Source of the DNA: a bacterium
Lineage (GTDB): Bacteria > CLD3 > SB21
Reading direction: 5' to 3'
Length of the DNA: 51,692 nucleotides
NCBI GenBank assembly: GCA_013360215.1
Contig: JABWCP010000023.1
Span: 1-51,692, forward strand
Part shown: positions 1 to 9,243 of the stretch, piece by piece
How the letters are laid out: each line of letters opens with the position of its first letter
Numbering within the stretch: position 1 is the stretch's first letter
The notes under the pieces: generated by a model
Seen by the model: the letters and a program-made list of their open reading frames with translations, nothing else
Databases searched by the model: none
What the model was told of the DNA's origin: nothing
Translations under genes and position numbers: made by a program

Positions 1-768
1 CTCATTTGTGAAAGTACCTACGGCAACAAAGTTCACGATCCGGTGAAAGAAATACACGGCGAATTTGTACAAGTGATCCAGGATGCCGTTGCGCGTAAAG
101 GAAAGATTATCATTCCGGCCTTTAGTGTGGAGCGTACACAAGAGATCGTTTATCATCTCAATTTGCTGTATGAAAACAAAATTGTCCCTGAGATACCCGT
201 ATTTGTGGACAGTCCGCTTGCGGTGAATGTTACGGAGGTATTTCGCAAATACCCTGATTATTACGATAAAGATGCGCGTAATCTCCTGCAAAGCGGGGAT
301 AATCCCTTTTCGTTTGAAGGATTGCGCTATATTCGTGAAGTAAAAGATTCGATGAAGCTCAACGACATAAACGATCCGTGCATTATCATTTCGGCATCCG
401 GTATGTGCGAAGCCGGGCGTATTTTACATCATCTGAAAAATAATATTGAGAATTCCAATAACACCGTGCTCATCGTAGGTTTTATGGCAGAGCATACGCT
501 GGGCCGTAAATTGGTAGACAAGGCTGAGACGGTAAAAATATTTGGCGATATGTTTTCCGTAAAAGCGCGTGTTCATAAAATCAATTCGTTCAGTGGTCAT
601 GCGGATCGTACCGATTTGCTTAATTTTACCGAATTGGTCGGCAAACAAGCTTCCGTTTTTTTGGTACACGGCGAGGAAGCGCAAAGCGTGCCATTTGCGG
701 AATCATTAAAAAGTAACGGATTTCGCCATGTTGAGATTCCAGAACGGCTTCAAAAAATAACATTATAA
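1..768 (+). CDS. MBL-fold beta-CASP ribonuclease family protein (5'-truncated by window edge)
   Basis: Frame open from base 1 (LICESTYGN). Motifs PAFSVERTQE, SASGMCEAGRILHHL, FSGHAD and LVHGE are typical of beta-CASP metallo-beta-lactamases. Confidence 0.9.
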   Translation, partial: LICESTYGNKVHDPVKEIHGEFVQVIQDAVARKGKIIIPAFSVERTQEIVYHLNLLYENKIVPEIPVFVDSPLAVNVTEVFRKYPDYYDKDARNLLQSGDNPFSFEGLRYIREVKDSMKLNDINDPCIIISASGMCEAGRILHHLKNNIENSNNTVLIVGFMAEHTLGRKLVDKAETVKIFGDMFSVKARVHKINSFSGHADRTDLLNFTELVGKQASVFLVHGEEAQSVPFAESLKSNGFRHVEIPERLQKITL

Positions 769-799
769 ATAAATTATACTATAACCAGCTATTGTAAGG

Positions 800-1603
800 A
801 TGAGCATGAAACAGCATAATTTTTTAATCATGGGTGTGGTCTTTTTTGGATTAGCGTGTAGCCCGAAAGTCGAAAATAATAAAAAAACAACAGTCTCGCG
901 AAATGAGTACACCATGGCCGCATTAAACTGGATGCAGATATCCGGTGAATACCGTGCCTTGTGTTATCAGGCTTTTAATGTTGCACGTATGACGCTCGAT
1001 GTCGAGTTATCCAAAAAGCCAGCCAAAAAACCGGCGGTGGTTGTGGATATTGATGAGACAGTTTTAGATAACAGCCCATATCAGGCCCGCCAAATTGCCA
1101 ACGGCGAACAATATCCGGTAGGATGGCAGTCGTGGACGGATGAAGCAAAGGCCATAGCTGTCCCGGGCGCCAAGGAGTTTTTAAATTATGCCGTTTCCAA
1201 GGGTGCAGATGTTTTTTATATCACCAACCGTCGCCCGTCCGAAGCACCGGGTACTTTGAATAATTTGCGTTCGCTTGGTTTTCCGCAAGCGGACACGTTG
1301 CATATTATGTTTCGCGAAGCGGAGTCCAATAAAGAAGCGCGCCGTCGTAAAGTCAGTGAAACACATTCTATTCTTGTAGTATGTGGCGATAACCTGAATG
1401 ATTTATCCGATGCCTATGATGGCCGTCTGAATCCCGAACGTAACCAGCGTGTTGATCAGATGAAGAATGAATGGGGGCGTCGATTTATAGTTCTGCCTAA
1501 TCCGTTATACGGTGATTGGGACGGTGCCATGTTTAATTATAATTTTAACCTATCCGATGCCGCAAAAGACAGCGCGCGCAAAGCTGTGCTAAGAATGAAC
1601 TAG
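800..1603 (+). CDS. Class C acid phosphatase / 5'-nucleotidase lipoprotein, e(P4) family
   Basis: Lipobox GLAC; HAD motifs DIDETVLDNSPY, YITNR and GDNLND; LPNPLYGDW. Confidence 0.92.
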   Translation: MSMKQHNFLIMGVVFFGLACSPKVENNKKTTVSRNEYTMAALNWMQISGEYRALCYQAFNVARMTLDVELSKKPAKKPAVVVDIDETVLDNSPYQARQIANGEQYPVGWQSWTDEAKAIAVPGAKEFLNYAVSKGADVFYITNRRPSEAPGTLNNLRSLGFPQADTLHIMFREAESNKEARRRKVSETHSILVVCGDNLNDLSDAYDGRLNPERNQRVDQMKNEWGRRFIVLPNPLYGDWDGAMFNYNFNLSDAAKDSARKAVLRMN

Positions 1604-1691
1604 ATGCATCATGCAATTTTGAACCACGCATCAAATCGAAGCGGTATGTTGTTGTATGTTTTACGCTGTACTGTTGATAGCGATTGATTAG

Positions 1692-2681
1692 ATGAAGTCT
1701 AAAATCGTGCTCATCGTGTTCAGTGTTATTTTGTCTTTGCTTGTATGTGAAGTGATCGTACACTATGCATTCCCCGTCAACGAGGCGATGAATAAAATTT
1801 ATATTGCCGACAGCGTGTATGCGACACGTACCGCGCCCTATCTTGATTTTACCTATTCCGATCTTGATGGAAGATCATTGACAATCGCAACCAATGGATA
1901 TGGTCATCGTTGGGGGGAATACGATACGGCATCATGGCGGGATACCTCCGTAAAAAAGATATTATTGCTGGGAGATTCGTATACGTTTGGCGTGGCGGTC
2001 AATCAGCATGCGACGTTTGCATATCTCGTGGACTCTATATTGAATGCCGACAAGCACATCAAATCTCAGTATTCCATAATCAATGCGGGTGTCGGCGGCT
2101 GGTGTACCAAACAGGAGTTGTTATATGGAATCCGCCATCTGAACGTTTTTAACCCGGATATCGTCGTAATCACTTTTTGTCCAAACGATCCGATCGGTGA
2201 TATGGTATTTGAAAACGGATTTAAACATAATACTACAACCGTGGCTCCTGATTTTTGGGGTAAAGAATTTTTATGACGCTATTTGCATTTGTATTTTATT
2301 GGCGCCTCGTACCTGCGGCGAATAAAAACAACGGGAAGTTTTGTGGCAGCTTTGAACGGTGAGGCGGATTTTAAACCGTTTGAAGTTTTGGATTCGGCAT
2401 GGGTAAAAACCGTGGCGCAGTATAAGGACTTTTATGAAATTTTTAAGACATACAACCCGAAGGGAAGATTATTAATACAGACTTCGCATCCTTGGGATGA
2501 AGATTTGCAAAAGCGTTTTAGCGAATTGTCCAAAGAACTGAATGTGGAGTTTGTTGATTTATATGACCAGACGGTAATCATTCCGGAATATGAGCGACGA
2601 TTTCCGCATGACGGTCACTGGTCGGAACGCATTCATCGTATGAGTGCCGAAGCATTATCCGCCAGAATTATAATACAATGA
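1692..2681 (+). pseudogene. Membrane-anchored SGNH/GDSL-type hydrolase or acyltransferase interrupted by one in-frame TGA at 2274-2276
   Basis: ORFs 1692..2276 and 2283..2681 share a frame (EFL*RYLHLY). GDSYTFG, NAGVGG and PND are in the first half; the catalytic DGHW motif is in the second. Confidence 0.75.
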
Positions 2682-2727
2682 TGGATGGTTGTCCAGGCAA
2701 CGTATTTACTGTATATTAAAATTCTTA

Positions 2728-2756
2728 TTGACAATCAGTATATTTTCGGCTACTAT
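2728..2756 (+). promoter_or_regulatory. sigma70-type promoter for the thrS operon
   Basis: TTGACA (2728-2733), 17-bp spacer, TACTAT (2751-2756). Confidence 0.75.
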
Positions 2757-2888
2757 GGGCGCACTTTAATGCTGTCTTTAGTACAGCAATACAAAACGTT
2801 CTGACCTAAAAACCAGAACTACCGGATAACCCGATCGGCATCACTCAGCGGACGGGTTGAAAATAATCCCGGTTCACGATGTTAGAAT

Positions 2889-4823
2889 ATGGCACAAATT
2901 AATATCACGTTTCCAGACAACAGTGTTCGTTCCTTTGAATCCGGCATTACCCCGATGGCTGTCGCGACATCTATTTCGCGCGGCTTAGCGGAAAAATGTG
3001 TCGTTGCCGAAGTGAACGGTAAACAGGTGGATTTGTCCACTCCGATCACGGGCGATGCTTCGCTCAAACTTTTTACCTCGGATACCGCCGAAGGCATGCA
3101 GGTTTTCTGGCATTCGTCGGCGCACGTCATGGCTCAAGCCGTCAAGCGACTATGGCCGGAGGCCAAATTTGAAGACGGCCCACCGACCGAAGCGGGTTTT
3201 TTCTATGATATTTTGATTCCGGAAAAAATCAGTGAGGCCGATTTTGCCCGCATCGAAGCGGAGATGGAAAAAATCGCCAAAGAAAAACTTACCTATACAC
3301 GTGCAGAACTGACACGAAGCGAAGCGATGGAGTTTTTCAAAAAGATCGGTCAGGATTTTAAACTGGATATCATCGAGCGTATTCCGGAAGGCGCTCCGAT
3401 CAGCTCCTACACGCAAGGTGAATTTACAGATCTCTGCCGTGGTCCGCATATCCCGCATACGGGGATGATCAAGTCCTTTAAGATCATGTCGGTAGCCGGT
3501 GCCTTTTATAAAGGCGATGAAAATAATATTCAACTTCAGCGGTTACGTGCTATTAGCTTTCCGTCCAAGAAACAGCTTGATGAATATCTTACGATGCTTG
3601 AGGAGGCCAAAAAACGCGATCACCGCAAACTGGGCCGCGAACTTGAACTTTTTATGATTACGCCGATGATCGGCGGAGGGTTGCCGGTTTGGCTCCCCAA
3701 TGGCACTTTGCTGCGCAGGACGTTGGAAAATTTTCTTAAAGACGAATTACTTCGACGCGGTTATCAGGAAGTGGTAACACCGCATATCGGAAATCTTAAT
3801 TTGTATCGTACGTCCGGGCATTATCCCTATTATGCGGATTCTCAGTTTTCACCGATCAAAGTGGAAGACGAAGAATATATTCTAAAGCCGATGAATTGTC
3901 CGCATCATCATCAGATCTATGCTTCCAAGCCGAGAAGTTATCGTGATCTTCCGTTGCGATTGGCCGAATTTGGCACAGTATATCGTTATGAGCAGTCCGG
4001 TGAATTAAGCGGGCTTTCGCGCGTGCGCGGATTTACGCAAGATGATGCGCATATTTATTGCACGCACGACCAGCTTAAAAATGAATTGATCAACGCGATT
4101 GATTTAACGCAACTGGTCTTTAAAACATTTGGCATGCCCGTCAAAACGCGTCTGTCTTTCCGCGACCCCAAGACTCCGGATAAATATGCGGGATCCCCTG
4201 AAATGTGGGATCAAGCCGAACGCGAAATACATGAAGTAGCCGACGCCATGAAATTGGATTATTTTGTCGGTATCGGCGATGCGGCATTCTATGGGCCTAA
4301 ATTTGATTTTATCGTGCGGGATGCTCTCGGGCGCCAATGGCAACTTGGCACCGTGCAAGTGGATTATGTGATGCCCGAGCGGTTTGGACTTGAGTTTATC
4401 GGTGGAGACGGGCAAAAACACCGCCCTGTAATTATACACCGTGCACCGTTTGGTTCGATGGAGCGATTTATTTCAATTCTGATCGAACATTTTGCCGGTA
4501 ATTTTCCCGTATGGATCGCACCGGTTCAGGTTGCTGTGCTACCCATCTCCGACGCGCATACGTCGTATGCGGAACAGGTCAAAGCCGCTTTGGAAAAAGA
4601 AAAAATCCGTTGCCAACTGGATACGCGTAATGAGAAAATCGGTTATAAAATCCGCGAAGCGGAGATGAAAAAAATACCATACATTCTTGTCGTCGGTGAA
4701 AAAGAAATGCAAACACAAACCGTTGCGGTGCGCCGTCATGGCAAAGGCGATCAGGGTGCTGCCGGATTGGCGGAATTTATAGCGCAGGTCAAACAACAGA
4801 TCGAAGACAAAATACTCGACTAA
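2889..4823 (+). CDS. thrS: Threonine--tRNA ligase
   Basis: TGS domain, editing motif HSSAH, DLCRGPH, KPMNCP, RVRGFTQDDAH, AFYGPK, IHRAPFGSMERF and anticodon-binding domain. Confidence 0.98.
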   Translation: MAQINITFPDNSVRSFESGITPMAVATSISRGLAEKCVVAEVNGKQVDLSTPITGDASLKLFTSDTAEGMQVFWHSSAHVMAQAVKRLWPEAKFEDGPPTEAGFFYDILIPEKISEADFARIEAEMEKIAKEKLTYTRAELTRSEAMEFFKKIGQDFKLDIIERIPEGAPISSYTQGEFTDLCRGPHIPHTGMIKSFKIMSVAGAFYKGDENNIQLQRLRAISFPSKKQLDEYLTMLEEAKKRDHRKLGRELELFMITPMIGGGLPVWLPNGTLLRRTLENFLKDELLRRGYQEVVTPHIGNLNLYRTSGHYPYYADSQFSPIKVEDEEYILKPMNCPHHHQIYASKPRSYRDLPLRLAEFGTVYRYEQSGELSGLSRVRGFTQDDAHIYCTHDQLKNELINAIDLTQLVFKTFGMPVKTRLSFRDPKTPDKYAGSPEMWDQAEREIHEVADAMKLDYFVGIGDAAFYGPKFDFIVRDALGRQWQLGTVQVDYVMPERFGLEFIGGDGQKHRPVIIHRAPFGSMERFISILIEHFAGNFPVWIAPVQVAVLPISDAHTSYAEQVKAALEKEKIRCQLDTRNEKIGYKIREAEMKKIPYILVVGEKEMQTQTVAVRRHGKGDQGAAGLAEFIAQVKQQIEDKILD

Positions 4824-4851
4824 TTACGTTTACTAAGTAAGGAGACCAGCC

Positions 4852-5370
4852 ATCGGTAAGGAAGACAAAATTCGTATCAACGAGCAGATTCGCACACCCA
4901 AAGTGCGACTGATCGGACCCAAGGGTGAACAGATCGGTATCGTGGACATCAAAGAAGCGCTGCGCCGTTCTCAGGAAGAAGGCCAGGATCTTTTGGAAAT
5001 CGTTCCTACAGCTGATCCGCCGGTTTGTAAAATTTTGGATTTTGGAAAATATCGCTATGAAATCCAAAAGCGTGAAAAAGAAGCGCGTAAAAAACAAACC
5101 CATACGGGCGAAGTCAAAGAATTGCGTTTCCGACCTGTCACGGACGATCACGACTACCAATTTAAGGTGAAACACGCTGTCAATTTTCTTAAAGACGGAT
5201 ATAAGGTCAAAATGGTCGTTGTTTATAAAGGCCGTGAAATTGCCAACAAAGAAGCCGGTATTCAATTGGCCGAGCGTATGGTGACGGATCTGGAATCCGT
5301 GGGCAAACTGGACGGTGAAATGAAATTCGAAGGTCGTAACATGGTTATGATCTTTATCAAAAATCGCTAA
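4852..5370 (+). CDS. infC: Translation initiation factor IF-3, starting at non-canonical ATC
   Basis: RINEQIR...VRLIG, PPVCKILDFGKYRYE and KELRFRP. AAGGAG at 4839-4844 lies 7 nt before an in-frame ATC at 4852; the conserved RINEQI is upstream of the GTG in the ORF track. Confidence 0.95.
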   Translation: MGKEDKIRINEQIRTPKVRLIGPKGEQIGIVDIKEALRRSQEEGQDLLEIVPTADPPVCKILDFGKYRYEIQKREKEARKKQTHTGEVKELRFRPVTDDHDYQFKVKHAVNFLKDGYKVKMVVVYKGREIANKEAGIQLAERMVTDLESVGKLDGEMKFEGRNMVMIFIKNR

Positions 5371-5403
5371 TACAAAATAAATTAAACTAATAAGGAGCAT
5401 CCC

Positions 5404-5601
5404 ATGCCAAAAACTAAAACCAATAGCGGCGCAAAGAAGCGCTTTCATGTGACCGGCTCAGGCCGTATTCTCCGTAAGAAAGCAACGCATCGCCACAATA
5501 TGAGCGCCAAATCCAATACCCGTAAATCCAATCAGGTCGGCAAAACGGAAGTGGCGGACTCGGATAACCATCGCATAAGCCATCTGCTTGGCTTGAAGTA
5601 A
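5404..5601 (+). CDS. rpmI: 50S ribosomal protein L35
   Basis: MPKTKTNSGAKKRFHVTGSG; lies between infC and rplT; AAGGAG SD. Confidence 0.96.
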   Translation: MPKTKTNSGAKKRFHVTGSGRILRKKATHRHNMSAKSNTRKSNQVGKTEVADSDNHRISHLLGLK

Positions 5602-5643
5602 TTGCAGGCGTAAACAAAGAAAAAAATTTAAAAGGAGAATACC

Positions 5644-5997
5644 ATGCCACGTTCCACAAATAACCCGGCCAGTAAGGCCCGCCGGAAAAAGATTTTTAAG
5701 CAGGCTAAAGGTGCCTGGGGCAAGCGTAAAAATGTACTGCGCAGTGCGATCGAAACCGTCGAAAAAGGAATGACCTATGCGACGCGCGATCGTAAAGCCA
5801 ACAAACGTAATTTCCGCAGCCTGTGGATTATTCGTATCAATGCGGCTGTCCGTGAACACGGCATGACGTATTCCAAATTCGTTGCCGCGCTGAAGAAAGC
5901 CAATGTTGACGTGAATCGTAAAATGCTGGCCGAATTGGCCATGAACGATGCAACGGCATTCAATAAACTTATTGAAGTGGCTAAAGCAGCGAACTAA
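5644..5997 (+). CDS. rplT: 50S ribosomal protein L20
   Basis: MPRS...RRKKIFKQAKG, RDRKANKRNFRSLWIIRINAA, NRKMLAELA. Confidence 0.98.
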   Translation: MPRSTNNPASKARRKKIFKQAKGAWGKRKNVLRSAIETVEKGMTYATRDRKANKRNFRSLWIIRINAAVREHGMTYSKFVAALKKANVDVNRKMLAELAMNDATAFNKLIEVAKAAN

Positions 5998-6020
5998 CTT
6001 CGCATAACAGACGAATGTGT

Positions 6021-6057
6021 AAAAGACATGCCACGCTATGCGGCATGTCTTTTTTTT
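6021..6057 (+). terminator. Intrinsic terminator after rplT
   Basis: AAAAGACATGCC / GGCATGTCTTTT inverted repeat ending in a T8 tract. Confidence 0.85.
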
Positions 6058-6079
6058 GCTTCACAGGACGGCAAAAATC

Positions 6080-6108
6080 TTGCGAATACGTGTTTTTTTT
6101 GATACCAT
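6080..6108 (+). promoter_or_regulatory. Putative sigma70 promoter with extended -10 for pheS
   Basis: TTGCGA (6080-6085), 17-bp spacer, TG-n-TACCAT (6103-6108), directly after the rplT terminator. Confidence 0.55.
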
Positions 6109-6138
6109 GTAAATGATGAATTTTTGAAGAAGGAAGTC

Positions 6139-7146
6139 ATGGATTTCGAACAGATAAAATCGCAGTTTCAAAGTGATACCGACGGGCAAACATTGGATAA
6201 AGCCGCACTTGAACAACTGCAAATAAAATATCTTGGAAAAAAAGGTATTCTGACGCTGGCTACCGAAGCGCTCAAAGCGCTGCCGAAAGAGCAAAAGCCC
6301 CAATTCGGTAAAATGCTCAACGAAGTCAAACAAAGTGTTGAGGCGCGGTTGGCCGAAATCAAAGCGGCCGTGCAAGCGGCGGAAGTTGATCCGAAGGATG
6401 ATTTTGATGCCACATTACCGGGGCGTCACGGATGGGTAGGGCACAATCATCCTTTGACGATCGTTCTCAATGATATCAAGCAGATTTTTTACGAGATGGG
6501 ATTTACCATCGAAGACGGCCCGGAAGTCGAATTGGATTACTACAATTTTGAAACGGTAAATATTCCCAAAGACCATCCCGCACGCGATATGCAGGATACT
6601 TTTTTTATCAACGAAAATGTGGTTTTGCGTACGCACACGACACCCGTTCAGGCGCGCACCATGCAGCGTATGAAACCGCCGATCCGAATGATCTGTCCCG
6701 GCCGCGTTTACCGAAAAGACACACCCGACGCCACGCACCTTCCTTTTTTTAATCAAATCGAAGGGCTGGTAGTGGACGAACATGTCACGTTTGCTGACTT
6801 GAAAGGAACGCTTGCCGCGTTTGTTCATCGTTTGTTTGGCAATGATATCGGCGTTCGCTTTCGACCGTCGTTTTTTTCGTTCGTTGAGCCGGGAGCCGAA
6901 GTGGATATCAATTGTATATTTTGCCGCGGTAAAGGCTGCCGTACTTGTAAAAATTCCGGATGGATGGAAATTCTTGGGGCTGGTATGGTACATCCGCAAT
7001 TATTTGATTACGCCGGTTATGAAAAAAATAAATATACCGGCTATGCTTTCGGTATGGGCTTGGACCGTATCGTCATGCCGTTGTACGGAATCAATGATTT
7101 AAGGCTTTTGATAGAAAATGACGTGCGTTTTCTCGAACAATTCTAA
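6139..7146 (+). CDS. pheS: Phenylalanine--tRNA ligase alpha subunit
   Basis: HPARDMQDTF, LRTHTTPVQ, FRPSFFSFVEP, GWMEILGAGMVHP, GYAFGMGLDR. ATG at 6139 follows AAGGAAG. pheT is not adjacent. Confidence 0.97.
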   Translation: MDFEQIKSQFQSDTDGQTLDKAALEQLQIKYLGKKGILTLATEALKALPKEQKPQFGKMLNEVKQSVEARLAEIKAAVQAAEVDPKDDFDATLPGRHGWVGHNHPLTIVLNDIKQIFYEMGFTIEDGPEVELDYYNFETVNIPKDHPARDMQDTFFINENVVLRTHTTPVQARTMQRMKPPIRMICPGRVYRKDTPDATHLPFFNQIEGLVVDEHVTFADLKGTLAAFVHRLFGNDIGVRFRPSFFSFVEPGAEVDINCIFCRGKGCRTCKNSGWMEILGAGMVHPQLFDYAGYEKNKYTGYAFGMGLDRIVMPLYGINDLRLLIENDVRFLEQF

Positions 7147-7157
7147 TAAGGATTTTT

Positions 7158-7358
7158 ATGTTTGGTTTAATACGATTGTTATTGGTCGGTGCCGTTGCGT
7201 ATGCGGCTTTTCGTATCATTCGTAAATTATGGATTGTCACCGATCCTAAGAATAATCCGATGCGTAATTCCTCGCCGAGTGATAAAAATAAAGAAGTGCG
7301 AACGACCGTTTTCAATTCTGAAGATGTACAAGACGCCAAATTCAAAGACATTAAGTAA
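7158..7358 (+). CDS. Small single-pass membrane protein of unknown function
   Basis: AAGGA SD, N-terminal hydrophobic helix, C-terminal DVQDAKFKDI; fills the gap in the operon. Confidence 0.7.
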   Translation: MFGLIRLLLVGAVAYAAFRIIRKLWIVTDPKNNPMRNSSPSDKNKEVRTTVFNSEDVQDAKFKDIK

Positions 7359-7400
7359 GATTAATTTCTAACTCTATAATAGTTTAATAAAGGAAAACAT

Positions 7401-7859
7401 ATGAAGTATTTTCTCAGTATAGTACTGGCTATGGCTTGGTTAGGTTGTTCCAAACCCGCACCGGCACCGCAAATGGATTCTTTTGGTAAAGGTGTGACCA
7501 TGTCGGAAGTAACGCCGATCGCCCAAGCGGTGGCACAAGTTGGCAGCTACAAAGATAAGGAAATACTGATCGAATCCGAGATCAAATCGGTTTGCCAGAA
7601 AAAAGGCTGCTGGATGGAGATCGCAACGGAAAACCAACCGATGCGCATCACATTTGAAAACTATGGTTTTTTTGTTCCTAAAGATGCCGCCGGTCGTAAA
7701 GTAAAAGTACAGGGCAAAATCGAAGAGAAAGAAATTCCGCAAGACGAGGCACGCCATTATCTGGAAGATGCGGGTAAACCCAAAGAAGAAATTGAAAAAA
7801 TCGTCGGCCCTCAAAAAGTGGTAACGATGGTAGCCTCCGGCGTTGCGATTGTAAAATAA
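7401..7859 (+). CDS. DUF4920-like lipoprotein
   Basis: Lipobox WLGC; VCQKKGCWM, FENYGFFVPKD and ARHYLEDAGK. Confidence 0.85.
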   Translation: MKYFLSIVLAMAWLGCSKPAPAPQMDSFGKGVTMSEVTPIAQAVAQVGSYKDKEILIESEIKSVCQKKGCWMEIATENQPMRITFENYGFFVPKDAAGRKVKVQGKIEEKEIPQDEARHYLEDAGKPKEEIEKIVGPQKVVTMVASGVAIVK

Positions 7860-7875
7860 TTATTAACGAGGGAAT

Positions 7876-8262
7876 ATGCCCAAAGAATTTGTAAGAACAG
7901 AGCTGGCGCCGGCTCCGATCGGGCCGTACAATCAGGCAGTCATCGCCTCCGGCAAAATGATATTCACCTCCGGACAGATTGCGCTTGATCCCAAAACCGG
8001 ACAGCTATTAACCGGCGATGTACGCCAGCAAACACGCCTGGTGCTTGAAAATCTTCGCGCGATACTTCGCGCCGGAGGAAGTGATCTGAATAAAATCATC
8101 AAAACATCGGTATTTCTCAAAGATATGAATGATTTTGCGGCAATGAATGAAACATATGCAGAATATATGTCGGAAGCCGCACCGGCACGATCCACCGTAG
8201 AAGTCGCACGCCTGCCCAAAGATGTGCTGGTGGAAATTGATTGTATAGCGCTCGTCGAATAA
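7876..8262 (+). CDS. ridA: RidA/YjgF family enamine/imine deaminase
   Basis: APAPIGPYNQA, SGQI, PARSTVEVARLPKDVLVEID with the catalytic Arg retained. Confidence 0.93.
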   Translation: MPKEFVRTELAPAPIGPYNQAVIASGKMIFTSGQIALDPKTGQLLTGDVRQQTRLVLENLRAILRAGGSDLNKIIKTSVFLKDMNDFAAMNETYAEYMSEAAPARSTVEVARLPKDVLVEIDCIALVE

Positions 8263-8308
8263 GCACGTTTTAAATAGTTCGTTTTCACTAAACAAACGGT
8301 GACGGTGT

Positions 8309-9241
8309 ATGAGTAGGACAACCGGCAAGTGGTTTTGCGTCATCAATCCGGCGGCTAACCGCGGCAACGGTACGCGATGCGTACCGGAAGTGCGGCGCTT
8401 TCTGTCGGAACGAAATATCCCGCATGAAATATTGGTGACAACTCAATCCAGTGAAGCGATGCCGTATGTGGTAGAGCGCGCAGCGGATCACGATGTGATC
8501 ATTGCCGCGGGCGGCGATGGTACGGTACACGAAGTTGTGAACGGATTGATGCAGGCTTATGCGCAGTCGGGTGGTCAACCTCCCAAAGCCGCACTGGGCG
8601 TACTTCCGATCGGATCCGGTAATGATTTTGCGAAAATGCTTCATATGCCTAAAGAACTTCGGCCGGCGTTGGAAGCGATCGCAACGGGTTCGCGTCGTTT
8701 GATCGATATTGGTCGTATCAGTGTGGACGGCGATCATGCGCGGTATTTCGACAATAATGTAGGTATCGGCTTCGATGCATATGTCAATTATGAAAGCATT
8801 CAGATCAAATCGCTGCGCGGCGTTTTGATTTATCTTGCGGCCGTATTCAAATCGCTTTTTAAATACCAGCATCCGATGGCGGAAATACGAATCAATGGCG
8901 AAACGATAAACAACAAAATTCTAATGATGACGACGGGCAACGGTTCATGCTCCGGCGGCGGATTTTATATCACACCCCATGCCAAAATTGACGACGGATG
9001 GTTGGATGTATGTATTGTGGATTCCCGCAGCAAATTAAAAATGCTGTTGGATCTGCCCACAGTCATGCAAGGCAAACATGATGGGGCGCCGGGCGTTCGT
9101 ATGTACCGTACCAAAAATGTTCGCATTGCGTCGTCTGAGTTACTGCCGATCCATGCCGATGGGGAAGTCGTATCTATGGACGCCCACACCGTCGAATTAG
9201 AAGTAATGCCGACGGCTATTCACGCAATATTTGCGCACTGA
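8309..9241 (+). CDS. Diacylglycerol/lipid kinase, YegS/DagK family
   Basis: INPAA, GGDGTVHEVVNG, PIGSGNDFA, GIGFDA, DDGWLDV, HADGE. Confidence 0.92.
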   Translation: MSRTTGKWFCVINPAANRGNGTRCVPEVRRFLSERNIPHEILVTTQSSEAMPYVVERAADHDVIIAAGGDGTVHEVVNGLMQAYAQSGGQPPKAALGVLPIGSGNDFAKMLHMPKELRPALEAIATGSRRLIDIGRISVDGDHARYFDNNVGIGFDAYVNYESIQIKSLRGVLIYLAAVFKSLFKYQHPMAEIRINGETINNKILMMTTGNGSCSGGGFYITPHAKIDDGWLDVCIVDSRSKLKMLLDLPTVMQGKHDGAPGVRMYRTKNVRIASSELLPIHADGEVVSMDAHTVELEVMPTAIHAIFAH

Positions 9242-9243
9242 TT

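Noticed and set aside
2274-2276. TGA recoding (selenocysteine or alternative genetic code)
   Set aside because: TGA is a normal stop for many conserved genes here (mog, galE, ybeY, the kinase). No convincing SECIS-like hairpin follows, and the site is not a catalytic Cys position.
4789-5448. Long antisense or alternate-frame ORFs (for example 4789-5448, 6415-6999, 8288-8872, 21677-22384, 45742-46320)
   Set aside because: They overlap well-conserved genes on the opposite strand and show no recognisable motifs; treated as shadow ORFs.
6015-6116. 33-codon ORF with five Phe codons upstream of pheS, resembling a pheM leader peptide
   Set aside because: The Phe codons come mostly from the rplT terminator T-tract and a promoter spacer T-run. 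There is no SD and no attenuator hairpin downstream of them.
6139-7146. Missing pheT after pheS as a sign of gene loss
   Set aside because: Separated pheS and pheT is common in FCB-group genomes; pheT is probably elsewhere.
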